Assembly: GCA_002633005.1 (NCBI GenBank)
Contig: NMRA01000221.1
Coordinates: 498,290 to 562,289 of the forward strand
Length of the DNA stretch: 64,000 nucleotides
Source of the DNA: Phoronis australis
Lineage: Eukaryota > Animalia > Phoronida
Reading direction: 5' to 3'
Below are positions 30,225 through 42,207 of the stretch, piece by piece. The notes under the pieces were generated by a model that saw only the letters and a program-made list of their open reading frames with translations, did not search any database and was not told where the DNA came from. How positions within the stretch are numbered: position 1 is the first letter of the stretch; every line of letters begins with the position of its first letter. Position numbers and translations under genes: made by a program.

Positions 30225-32311
30225 CCCACAGATTTTTAACCGGTTAATTCGCATCGGCAAAAAATCCCTGCACACAAAAATATTACCAAAAAACACCAAA
30301 TTTGACAATTTTCTCCCCAAAATTGCCACTTCCCTGCAAGTGCTAGAAAAAATCCGACTACATATTCAGAATGCTCGCATTATCTAAATTCAAAAATTGT
30401 GGTCATTGCTGTAGTGGTAAAATTAGAGGTAAGTAGGCGCCCAAAGCCCACCGCATCACCTTGAGCACTGAACGTAACTTACGGTGCGTAGGCGCTACGT
30501 TCAAATGCCAAAAGGTGGTTGGCTGCGCCTACGTGCGCCTACGCCCCACTACAGCACTGAGTATGCCCCTTACCAGCTAATTTTTTGGCAATTTTGACAG
30601 CCACCTGAAATCACTCCCGGTTTAGCAGATAGCAGGCGACAGGGGTTGAAAGCAAACGACAGCCACTGTTTTGCATCAAAAGTAGGTCACCGCTAAAAAA
30701 ACTTGGATAGTCTCATTCAAAACACAAGTAAATCAATTTCCTGGCATTTGGTTTCAACAAATTCCTCGAACAACCATTCAAACCTAACATACGCCCTGCT
30801 CATAAATTCTAGGGGACTACAATATGTCACGTGGCTGCAGCCTAACTGTTCAGTACCACCTGTTACTCCTGTATGTGGCACTAGCGTAAGAAGGAAACCA
30901 ATTTCTGATCTTTCCGGTGTCTGGCGGCCTTGTAAGTAAAGTCAGTGGATTTGAATATGACATGTTTGGGGTTGTCTGAGGTTAAAACCATGAGGTGAAT
31001 TTTTTATCGTTCAGAGTGGAATTTTTTGATCTGATGAGGGGAATTTTGCGTGATTTTTCAATATTTTGAGAGGGAATGTGGCCCATATTCGGCCCTGAGT
31101 TCGAGGGATCAAGGGCCCTGCCTCCCGATCAGTAACACTAGGACCTTTCTAAAAAGCAAATTCGTGAGATTAGGTGAGATATGGCCGTGTATTTTAAATG
31201 ATAACAGGTGACTTTGGCTAGATTTTAGCTAGGTCCTAGCGGAGGTCCTAGCGTTACTGAACGCACTCCTGTTTTATGACTTACGCCTCGCTTTGGTGTT
31301 TCCGGGAGATCTGCTTGATCTGCTCTTTGAAACGATACACGATTACTAGCTACAATTGTATAGGACTCTCCCACTCCAGAGATACTTTCCATTGGTACTC
31401 GCAGTCTTCCAGAACAATATCCCAGGTCACTTTTTTCAGTCTTTTAACTTCCAGCTCCAGTTTATTACTACGTGGGTCGTATTGTATTATTTTCCAGGGA
31501 ATATGTCAAACATAAATTATTTATCATTCCCCAACACGTAAATAATTCACAATGGGACTAAGCTCATTTTCAAATTAAATAATGCACCAGTTACCATCTC
31601 AAAGAGCTTCATTGATTGCCAATCGTTATGTATTGGCTTGATAAAGTGTCCAAGCCACGAACACGCTGCGCATATTGCGTTACTCCTGCCACATTTGGTA
31701 CCTGTGGGAAGTTATAAACACCTAAACACCACCTACACCCTCAAGTATCCCAGGAATGTCAAACACAATATGTAAAACATGGTGAAAGAAAACAATACAT
31801 ACCGTAAAAATAGGGACCTAGATCAGAATTTTCTCGAGTTTGTGTCGCCTAAAGTTAGTTCACGGGCACACATATTTAGGGCTGCAAAAGGTTGAATCCT
31901 GGGTTGAGATGTACATGTATTTATGGGCGATACGAAATTTATATTTTACAGTGTAACGGTAGTTTTATTGGTACCTGCAGAAACGTGAGTATATATCTGC
32001 TTTATGGTATTTTAATAAAAACAACGACGGATTTAAACCGGCTTGACATATTTCGACGTTTATTGAAACACCATCATCACGACAAAAAACGGTGGCCACA
32101 ACAAATGATACACAGACACGGTCAGTTTGAGGGGAGTAATAATAGACTAGACTATAGGCAACTGGCACACCACAGATTGTCATTGTTATTTTAACTATTT
32201 TCCCAAATCTGTTCTTTCCGGTATGGGTATCGTTGTAGCAGGTAGTCAGAAGGCATTGTTCAATTGAAATGTCAAATGACTGTGGTGGTAGTTTGACGTC
32301 ATTGTCGTTAT
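30225..32311 (-). pseudogene. Decayed multi-exon single-pass receptor locus, IL-17-receptor-like ectodomain (FN3-like) plus TM segment
   Basis: Splice-bounded minus-strand blocks: 32311-31975 (open: LPPQSFDISIEQC...GKIVKITMT...YSLVYYYSPQTDRVCVSF); 31701-31595; ~31500-31285 (WKVSLEWESP, internal TAG); 30928-30574 (NWFPSY, QPLSPAIC, GGCQNCQKIS, with frameshifts/stops); 30383-30225 (hydrophobic YVVGFFLALAG / IWCFLVIFLCAGIFCR). Exon phases do not join cleanly. Family call by eye only. Confidence 0.45.
31121..31268. mobile_element. ~150-bp CTAGGACCT MITE copy
   Basis: CTG|CCTCCCGATCAGTAAC ... CTGAACGCACTC|CTG. Confidence 0.8.
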
Positions 32312-34160
32312 CTAAAGAAAGACTGTTATGCGGCAGAGACCAGGTGCGTAGAGAACTGGGTGTCTCAAAAATTTACGACTAGTTTTTAAGATCATACAAT
32401 GTTTGGGAAGGTCAATAAATTTAGTTTATTCTTAATTTATTCTAAAACTTGATACATTTTCCATGACTAAAAACTTATGTACTTTTAAGAGTGCCCGTGG
32501 CATGTTATGAACAAGATTAGACAAAGTTTAAACTCTTATGTTTTTCCACGTTTTTTGACTTGATTTTTCAGGGTCCTCATAAACGCGCGTTTTTAGAATA
32601 ACTCGGAGATTTTCATTAGGTTAGACGAATTAAAAGGTCGCAGTTTAGAGGCTACTGTACATGCTTGGACACATTGGTTCGGAACCACTCTTGCGTTCGC
32701 TTTAAGGCCGGAGTTCGGCACAATTTTAATTTATAATTGATATGTTTTCAAATTTAGGTGTTTTAGATTGTCGTCTATACTATCTGCTTAACTGTAACAC
32801 AAAGCGAGGGTCACCACATTAGTTTTTCCGTTATAGTCCCTAAACAGAGGCACCAGTCGGAAAAACCTGAGGGCATCTGCCAAAGATATTGAATTTACAT
32901 GGATAAATGAAAAATCACTTCTAATTAAGACAGAAATTCTTTCAAAAAAACGTATCCATTTCGACGCAATATGTCAGTTTTATGTTTTAGAAACCTTAGG
33001 TATTTTTCTCGCATTACTGATTTTTTTATGTCGGGGGATTTTGAGTAGTTTTCCTCGAATTTGAGCGTTTTGGCTTATACACAATAAATTACACCACTGA
33101 ATTTTTTTCTTCGTTGCTATATTTTGATTCATCTCATGTTTGCTGTGAAATAAGAAACAAATAGTGTCACCAACTAAGTTTTTGATTATTTTAGCTCAAA
33201 CGGTGTGACACGTGACTGTGAGATTGTGTGCAGTTGGTGGGATTTTGACATAAACTAAGACAAGTTTACTACAGTGTTGTTGCCTCATTCTTGTGTTTAG
33301 CATTCGTTGTAAAATTTGATGTCGCTTGCTATAATAACAAAATGTCAACTCAAAATCCACATTTCAACTCAAGAAATATTTTATTTTAAATGAAAAATAG
33401 TATTAAAATATTTCATATACTTTGCAGTTTGGTGAAATGTGCTTAACGTCTTCAACTGGTGTTAGGCACTAGTAGCCTTGCTACAAAGCTGTGTACTAAA
33501 TATACAGCTAGCTGTGTTTTGACGATAGTCTTCATACAACTATCTGGCTTGCTAAGACACTAGATGCATTTAGACTTTGCTATTGCCGTTCGGGCGTCAT
33601 ATAACATAGATTTGTCTTTTGTCAAAATACACCGAAGCGTCGATTTCAGAAAGTGAGATACAAAAATTAGTGGCCAAAACGACATGATGATAAATAGGTC
33701 TGCCATATTAGAAAAATGTCATTTGCGAAAGAGTACAAATAGTGTATAGACGTTTAAAAGTCTCCACCTGTCCAGCAAAAAACAATATTGAATGCCATAC
33801 AGCGTAACATAACACGTGCTAATAATCAGGTATCTATGCTATCAGTTTTATCGAACCAACATTTGAGCCCGAGTGTATCGAAAACTAGTTATCATATTAT
33901 GCTTATTCAATATTTCTGCACTATAATCGAGAAAAAGTTATGATTCGTTCGCACAAGCGCTAAACTGCTCTCGATCCCTTGGAAATCTAAATCTGGATTG
34001 TCACATAAAATGGCGATATAAAAGCTACCCACTCTTCACACGGTTTTCGCCAACGTGCCTAACTGTGTACAGAGAAAGACGCTAGTTGTGCACCATGACG
34101 CACCTGGTTTAACTACAATGTGACACTATGGTGTTGTTGTCCGTGTGGAGAGCCAAAAGA

Positions 34161-34752
34161 TTATGGTACATTATACATTATGGCACATCATACGTTGTGG
34201 CACAGTACATGTTATGGAACATTATACATTATGGCACATTATATATTATGGCACATCATACTTTATGGTACATTATACATTATGAGACATTATACGTTGT
34301 GGCACAGTACATGTTATGGAACATTATACATTATGGCACATTATATATTATGGCACATCATACTTTATGGTACATTATACATTATGGCACAACATGCATT
34401 ATGGAGCATTATACATTATGGCGCATTATATATTATGGCACATCATACGTTATGGTACATTATAAATTATGGCACATCATCACGTTATGACACATTATAT
34501 ATCGTGGCACATCATACTTTATGGTACATTATACATTATGGCACATCATGCGTTATGGCGCATTATACATTATGGCACATTATACATTATGGCACATCAT
34601 ACGTTATGTTACATTATACATTATGGTACATCATACGTTATGACACATTATATATTATGGCACATCATACATTATGGGGAATCATACGTTGTGGCACATC
34701 ATATGTTAGGGCACATTATACATTATGGTGCATTATAAAATATGGCACATTA
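34161..34752. repeat. 17-bp minisatellite (~35 units) with a 102-bp higher-order duplication
   Basis: Consensus CATTATGGCACATTATA; the six-unit block at 34162-34263 recurs nearly verbatim at 34264-34365. Confidence 0.95.
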
Positions 34753-37700
34753 GCTCGTTTAGACTGAGTACACAGTCTTTGCTCTTACGTTTTTTGTTTT
34801 CCTGTTTCTGTTCAAATGTGCTGAAGAAAGCCTGTGTCCTTGATGATACAATAAAGGTTACTGTTCATTTCGAACCATTTCTCTTACTATTGTTGTAATA
34901 CAAACATAATGATAATGACAATAGCAAAACTTGCAGAAGTGTATGGATTTATCATGCGTATATGATCGTATTTGACCATGTGCCGATATCCGAAATACGC
35001 CTGCGCTTAAACATTCTTTCATCGGCGCAGGTGGCTATCTCTAACATATTTGCTTAAAACTGGTTCTTTCCAATATCGTCATGCCGACGCCGTGTCTGCA
35101 GATGGGGGTGGGGTTGGGGTGACCCCCTCAAGTCTGCCTATGTGTTTTCAGCCTGAATCCGGATTTCATCAAGACGTCGAAACACAAATGGTATAGACTA
35201 CACCGAGGCACCTACTCAGAAGCATTGCGTTGACAGTAGATGTCCAATAATTGAATAACAGTTTGGCCTCTTGGATGCATAATAATTAATTAATTTTCGG
35301 TCAAGGTGAACATATCGTATGAACTTGTCCACATATTTTTTATTACCACATTATCTCGCTGTCAGTACGTGACTGGAAGTACACTAACATGAACATAGAA
35401 CTTCAACAACTCAAACCGTGATACGTAGATTAATAGGCCCGTGGCATTGGCGAGAGCAGGGCGAAATTACTGTGGGCAATACTGTGGGCAGTGTGAAATG
35501 GTCTAAACAGGGTTTAGTAAAAGGTAGCCGTTTTAGCATTAATATTTGTAATTATCTCAAATTCCAGTTCGTTCGTTGAAACTCAATTAACAGAATTAAC
35601 AGAATTAAAACAACATTGTTGAAAAATAATTCGTGTTGCCAAGAAATCTCTAGAAACCATAACAACAGGACAAAAGGCATTCGGGTGGGGAGGGGGGGGG
35701 GCAAGGCTTGTTCATCACGATTGTGTCAAGACAAATTGCATCGATTCTAAATTATTTGATATAGCAACCGTATCCATGTCAAAACACCATGTTTTTTGGA
35801 TTTCATGGCACAATACTTACGGTCTGGCCAGTGTGTTGAAAAATTAAGCAAAGATTTTTAATTAAGAAAAAATGTTTTCTCGGCAGTTGATTCATTTCAA
35901 ATGTCACTGAATTGTCCTAAAATCGATAACATTACATGTCAACCTTAATCGCACGTATTTCCTTCGCAGCTTTTACGCTGTGAAGCAAATAAAAAATAAT
36001 ATGCCTCTGTTTTCAATTATAGTTCGTGCCTACAGCTACTTATTCAAAGTAGCAATATAGTAGAACTATGAGATTCACTGTACATAAAGCACAAACATTA
36101 TAATTACTATTTATAATTGTTGTGGAATAACGGAGACATCGATGTTATTTTCTGTTTCCGTCGGAATAGTGAGGACGTGTCCAAGAGTCGTTCTCCTGTA
36201 GTTAGCTAATAATGTCATCGCACGGGATGAGTAGCTGATTCGCGTACTTCCGCCGAAGGTAGGGTTTTCGGTGTTGGAGGTTACATGGTGCTCGGAAGTC
36301 TCGCGAGAATTACGGTGTGACATATAATTCTGTGGTATTTAAGCGAAACTAAATACAAATCAAGACATTTCTGTTCTTCGTCTTATCGATCGCGCCTCAC
36401 TCTTAATGTCAACTTTGAAAAAAGATGATTTTGCTTGATAGTTGATTGAGTCTACTCAGCCACCGTGGTAAGTACTCACAGTAGGCAGCATGTAGATTGA
36501 ATCCGAATTGGTATTTATCACAAGAACACGACTTTGCACTTAGCCGTATGAACTGACAAATGATTAGCGACGGGGGAATTTATTTAGGTGTGTCGCATGT
36601 TTTTACTCGAGGATACACCTTGGATGCACGTGCTTCGTTACCAAAAGTGTCAAAGTTTTCAGATATTTTTGTGTCATTTTCTGATGCACTCAACATCTTT
36701 AGAATTTGTGAGAGTAAGAAGGTGAACGAAAATCTTTAAGATGATCTTCGAATCGAATCTCGGGTAAAGTTTGGTGGTCACGTGACTTGGTGTTCGTATC
36801 CCACCTTACCTGTCCACTAGCTTTGGCGTAACTAAATGCGTTAATATTATATACTTCCAGATTTTGTTTCAAACCCAAATCTGCCCTAAAGCACAATAAA
36901 AATCCATACAAAACCAGCATATTGGTTGCCATCAAGACAAAATAAATAGTTCATTTAAAATCGCTTTGTAGCTCGTCAAGAATTTTTGAAAAGTAAAGAC
37001 TCCATGTATTTGAACATTTGTGATACAATATCGTTGAGTCTAAGAAAAGGCAGGGTTGACACGTGGAAGTGAACTTTTCTTGTTAATGTTCCTATAAAGA
37101 ATAATCCGTAATGAAACTAAACTCCTCCTCGTGGCTTGTCCACTGCTAAGCTGACTTCGTAAAGCTTGACAACGCGCACAATTCCCTAACTCTTTCTGTT
37201 TCAAACTCCAAGCAGTACCACGGCCCGCTATATGCAAATCATGTGACTACCCCGGCCTTGAAATCATGCATGTAGGCAAAGAATTTGGCCAATACTAGAA
37301 TGTGGCCAACACACAAATGAGATGGACAAGTGCACTGTAGAATGACCACTTGCAGAAACAACTGGATCGCTTGAGCCCAACGTATTGGAATGATGGCACA
37401 TGAAAGTTTTGCTTGTCAGATGGTGCATTCGTTGAAAGTGACACCGAAGACGAAAATTATCTTTTAAGTTTTGTTGGCTTTAACTTTGTCTATGTACCGG
37501 TATCCTTACTAACTACATGACGGGATAGTATCTTCAGACGCTGTATTTTGTATCATTATCCTTGTCACGTCATATTGAATGGCCATTTTCTTATCTCTGA
37601 AAACGGAGTTTCGCTGACGTACCATCAACGATAGAACTCTAGCCGTGGAATTCCAACTCCGATCTCGCGTTCACTGAGGTCGCGCTGCACATGCGTGAGA

Positions 37701-39439
37701 GTTATTTGCATTCATTTGTTCCGGTGTGTGTATTTGCAATGGAGTTTATTTTCATCAAAACTTTTCGCAACTTCGACGTTTTTCAACCGAATTGCGTTAG
37801 AACCATATCATTAAAAAAGCCTTTTGTCAATTCTTGATGATTATACCAGAAGCAAAAGATAAATGATTTAATTCCTAAGTAATTATCATTTTGTGTACCC
37901 GACTGGCTTAACAATATTCTTTAATTCACGCGTCTCTGTTACAGCTCTACGCCTATTGTTTTACGCGAAGTCGTATAAAAGGTGGCACTGTCAAAGCATT
38001 AAATTAATTAATCTCGTCAAGGAGTATCAGTGAGTGTGGCATCCGTTTCTGGCAACAACCTATCGTTCTCGAATTATTTGAAATTGTCCAATGACTGTTC
38101 TTTTATTGATTGACTTTTCATACCATTCCTCCGGCATCCTTCAATTCACGAATCTGTCTGAAATTTCGTTTCGGAATAGATCTCGCCAAGTGCTACAAAA
38201 TGTTACAGAAATGTTTAGCTCCGATTATTATAACCGATCTCGAGTTATGTAAGATTTATTAAAGTCCGACACTTGTACGTTTCTCAGGCTTCACCGTGTT
38301 TGATTGTGCACACGTTATAAATAGCATTTTCGTTCCATCGACATAAAATTCATACCTGCCATGCTCCTCTCAAGGGAAATCGGAACAAAAGTGGCAAGGT
38401 GACGGCCTTTTTACATTTGCTTTGCAGAAATAGGATAATTCTTCTTAAATTTTGTAAGTAGATAGATCTTCTAAAGGACCGGCGAGTTTCATCAGTTGCT
38501 AGCTTTGACTTTCTGGTCTCGAGATGTTCGAGACTTACTGATGACTGAAATTCGACAATGGTATGTTGCTCACGCTCCTCAGTGTGCAGTAATGCGTCTC
38601 AGAGTTTAAGATCAACATGGAGACTATACCCGTCCTTTTATTCACATGACTGATCGATACGAAATTTACACTGGATTTTTCCTAGTGCTTTCCATCGTTG
38701 TGGTTATCACCAGTAGCGGACGTCGGGGGAGTTGTGGTTTTCAAAGCCTGACGTCACTTCCTGCATTGGTGTCTTAGGGTTCCACTTGACGCCATTGGTA
38801 TTTTGGTTATCGAATGCTGCAAGGATGGTGGCAGTGTCGTTTTGGGCATTAGATGACATCTTTGGCGTCACTGTGAACGCCGTCATGGACAGAGTTGGCT
38901 ACGGTATTAATGCCAGCGCGTTCTGCACTGACATTTTTATCGACTGGCTCATGCGGTGTAAGCGTTGCTGCTGTTGTCGTAAGTGATATCAGTCGTCATG
39001 TATGGTGAAGACAGCGTCGTTGTTTCTGGCAGCGACACCCCTTGGCAGTGTTGTGTCGTCATTGCTAACGAGTTGGCGTCAGTTCCCTTGAGTTGCTGAC
39101 GGCATTGTAAGTGTTGTTGTTAGTGCTATTGTCATCTACTGCGTTTTGGTCTTCTTTTGTATCATGGCCGTCTACATTGTGGCCATGGGTTTTCCTGCGT
39201 TCGTTGTCGTCGTCATTTCTGCGTTTTTCACTCGATTTCGCCAAGTGTCGCTCCTCTGAGCGCCTTTTTAATCGTTTACTAGTGTCTCAGTGGTTCATGA
39301 AGCGTACACGAAATAGGAAATAAATGATGTTCCATCCACATATATTCACTTGCTTTGCTGTTTTGTACTCTCAAGCTTGAAATTTCTTAGCCAGTAATAC
39401 ATCACCATGGAGATCTCACGATTCGCGAACATTTTCTTT

Positions 39440-40165
39440 CCTAGTTTGAGCAATAATCTATAAAACTTGTTTCGAACAGTTTCTAAGTCTTTCCTATGAA
39501 ATCCCGGCATAGGATTGGGACAACGTTTTGTCAAATTAAGACAGACATATTTTTAGTTGCCTCTTGAAACTTGTACATACTATACTGTCTCTTCGGACGT
39601 TTCAATAACATCATATCTTTGTCCTCTTGTTCAAGGACCTTTAGAAGTAAAATTCAACCACAAACATTTGTATTCTGAAGTTCTATCAAACGGACACCAT
39701 TTAGATACCCTTTTCATATCCCCCAAGGTAACCACCATTTCTGAACACCAAAATTTTTTTAGCATTGACATTGAGCTTCCATCTTTGCAACCTAATTGGT
39801 TAATTTTTCATTGCATACTTATTGAAGTCACAGCAAATACTTGCTAAGCATCAGCGCATAACAATCAGCAACACTTCTATACTAACACCAAGTCCAGTGT
39901 AAATTCCTGGTTTTAAAACGTTGCCTTAGTCCTTATAAACACGAAGAATAGGAAAGATGAGAACTGAAAACCGTGTCTCACCCCAACTGCACATTTAAAG
40001 CAGACCATCGTGACACCTGGCGCGATTGATTTGAATACATGATTTGATGCTGTTATACATACCTTCCAAAATTTTGTACACATTCCCCGTTATGTTATGG
40101 CTTAATAGTTTGTACGTCAAATCATTTAACCAAACAGTATCAAAGGCATTCGTGAAATCTCTAAA
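39440..40165 (-). mobile_element. Degenerate non-LTR retrotransposon (CR1/L2-like clade) reverse transcriptase fragment
   Basis: Minus-strand frames give DFTNAFDTVWLNDLTYKLLSHNITGNVYKILEGMYNSIKSCIQIN, FKCAVGVRHG, FLFFVFI, a (L)YAD-like motif, WKLNVN, LVFRNGG and EYKCL; multiple frameshifts. Confidence 0.85.
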
Positions 40166-42009
40166 TAAGTAATACGACCCGGCCCAAAGTAATGGCTAGT
40201 TTTCAACTTTACCTGTATTTCAACTGCATACGTGAAAAGGACAACAATTGGTGATTTATCGAGTTTAGAGTTCATCGAGATCCGCAACTTGATTCAAACC
40301 TGGTAAATGCCAAGTTATGCCCAATGCATGCACTCACCGGCGGACAGTCGAAAGAGTTCCACGCTTAGTCTTCTAGAAGCATACATACTGCAAATTATAC
40401 ATGTCTAAATCTTTAAAGCCGTTATTAATCAGTTGCACCGACCTGAGGCTCAGCAATGTTCATTGCCAATGCAGAGGTCGAAGGCTACCGGAACTACCCA
40501 CGCTTCTAGCTTCGAAAATAAAAGTCCCCACGTGCCTGTGGTGAGGCCTACTTTTGACAAGGTTAGTCAACGGTATCTGAAATTCTGACTAATATATTCA
40601 TATTCGCTTGTGATGGTGTGATTCGATCTGTAAACATAGACAAGTTTTAGGACTAATCGTTGATAATTTTCTTAGAATTTTTGCTGTATTCATCGATTGT
40701 TTGTCATAGATAAGACAAAGGTCTACAAATGGGCACACGGTTTAAAATTTGTGTTTTAGATAATCCAAGGGAAATTCTCTTAATTTTTCTGCATATTTTC
40801 AAGGTCATAGACTTCCGTCAACTTGGTTACGTTTCCCCTGAGTAAGCTTATGTCATTGCTTTTCAAATGAGACCAAATTGGGAATTTATAAAAATAAATT
40901 ACAAACTGACGTGCGACGCCTTTTAAAATTTTCTCCAATCTTGTCCAAAATGCAAAAATCAAAATAGAAATCGAAGTGTAACACCTTGTCATTATACTAC
41001 CCGGTAACCGGATGTTACAGGCAACGCGCGAGAACATGATGGATTCAGAAAACAAACACAAGAATGACCTGGGACCTCACGTTGCACTGAGGAATCTCGA
41101 TAGAATTTATTTCGGAATAGCTTTATGCACGTTAGGAAGATCGTGTAGTCACCCAAGGCAAACTAATTTATCACGTTTCTGTTAATTTAATATGATAAAT
41201 TGTATTCTGTTTCAATTTTGCAATTTGCGTTAAAGCATTAGACACAATTTTGATTAAAAGTAATCAGGTTTGAAGGTGCATTACTAGTGTCATAATATGT
41301 TTCACAGCAGCTGCCTGACCACATCAGTAGCTAAAGAATCTCTGATCTGTACAAGTGACATTAATATTTGATGTAAAGTAATTGTTGTCATGTTCTGATA
41401 ACCGGACTCAACTGATGTGAGTGGTTCATTTTCTTAAACAGCCCTCCTACAGTAGTCAAAACAAAGTATTCTCAGGAGGAGACCTCTTTATTAGTAGGAT
41501 TTAAACGGTTCACAGGTTTCCGATTTCACCCGTTTATTGCTCTAAAACACTATGTCTTCTTTGGAATGAGATTTGACTTCACCAGCAGAGCGTTTGACTG
41601 CAACCGCGACGCTTGCAAGTTCGATTCCGCATTGAGGCTGGAAATTAGTGCTCTCGTCGTTAATGTACCATTAAGCTGAGAAACCGTATAGATGCTCTTA
41701 CCGTGTGAAGTCTACATTCCAATGATGTGTTTTATAGTTAGGCTCTGTCTGCCCATGGTGGCCGCATATGATTGCCCAATATGTTAGCATTTTGGTCATT
41801 ATATGGTTTATTTCATGTAAGAGGCCTCCGGCGCACATTACAAATACATAATACATGGAGTGTACAAGATTTTTCAAATCTATCATTACTTACTAGTATG
41901 GTACTCACTGGTAAGACAGCAGATAGGACACCTTTGCGAACGTTCGATTTAAGCTCTCCGATCATATGTCCTTTCTACTTCCTTATAAACCCCCTCATCT
42001 GAACTCGGT

Positions 42010-42207
42010 ATACACCTTATTCACACAGTCGCCATTTTAGTAGTGAGCCTCTTTTTAGGTTTAAAAAACAATGCATTCGAGACATAAATATAATGAGGCA
42101 CGCGAAAAAATCACGGTCTGCACTGTGATTAAGCCCAGAATGCGTTGTTTTTAAAACCTAAAAAGAGGCTCACCTTTAAAATGGCGACTGCGTGAACAAG
42201 GTGTATA
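42010..42207. mobile_element. ~200-bp hairpin MITE (TA flanks)
   Basis: ATACACCTTATTCACACAGTCGCCATTTTA ... TAAAATGGCGACTGCGTGAACAAGGTGTAT; inverted second copy at ~59583-59773; termini resemble those of the 1.4-kb element. Confidence 0.85.

Noticed and set aside
34120-34767. 215-aa His/Tyr-rich ORF, the longest in the track
   Set aside because: It is a translation of a 17-bp minisatellite, with the same peptide in other frames and no splice or domain context.
41580-41642. tRNA-like fragment (AGAGCG..GACTGCAA..GTTCGATTCC)
   Set aside because: Too degenerate to fold; at most an old SINE head.
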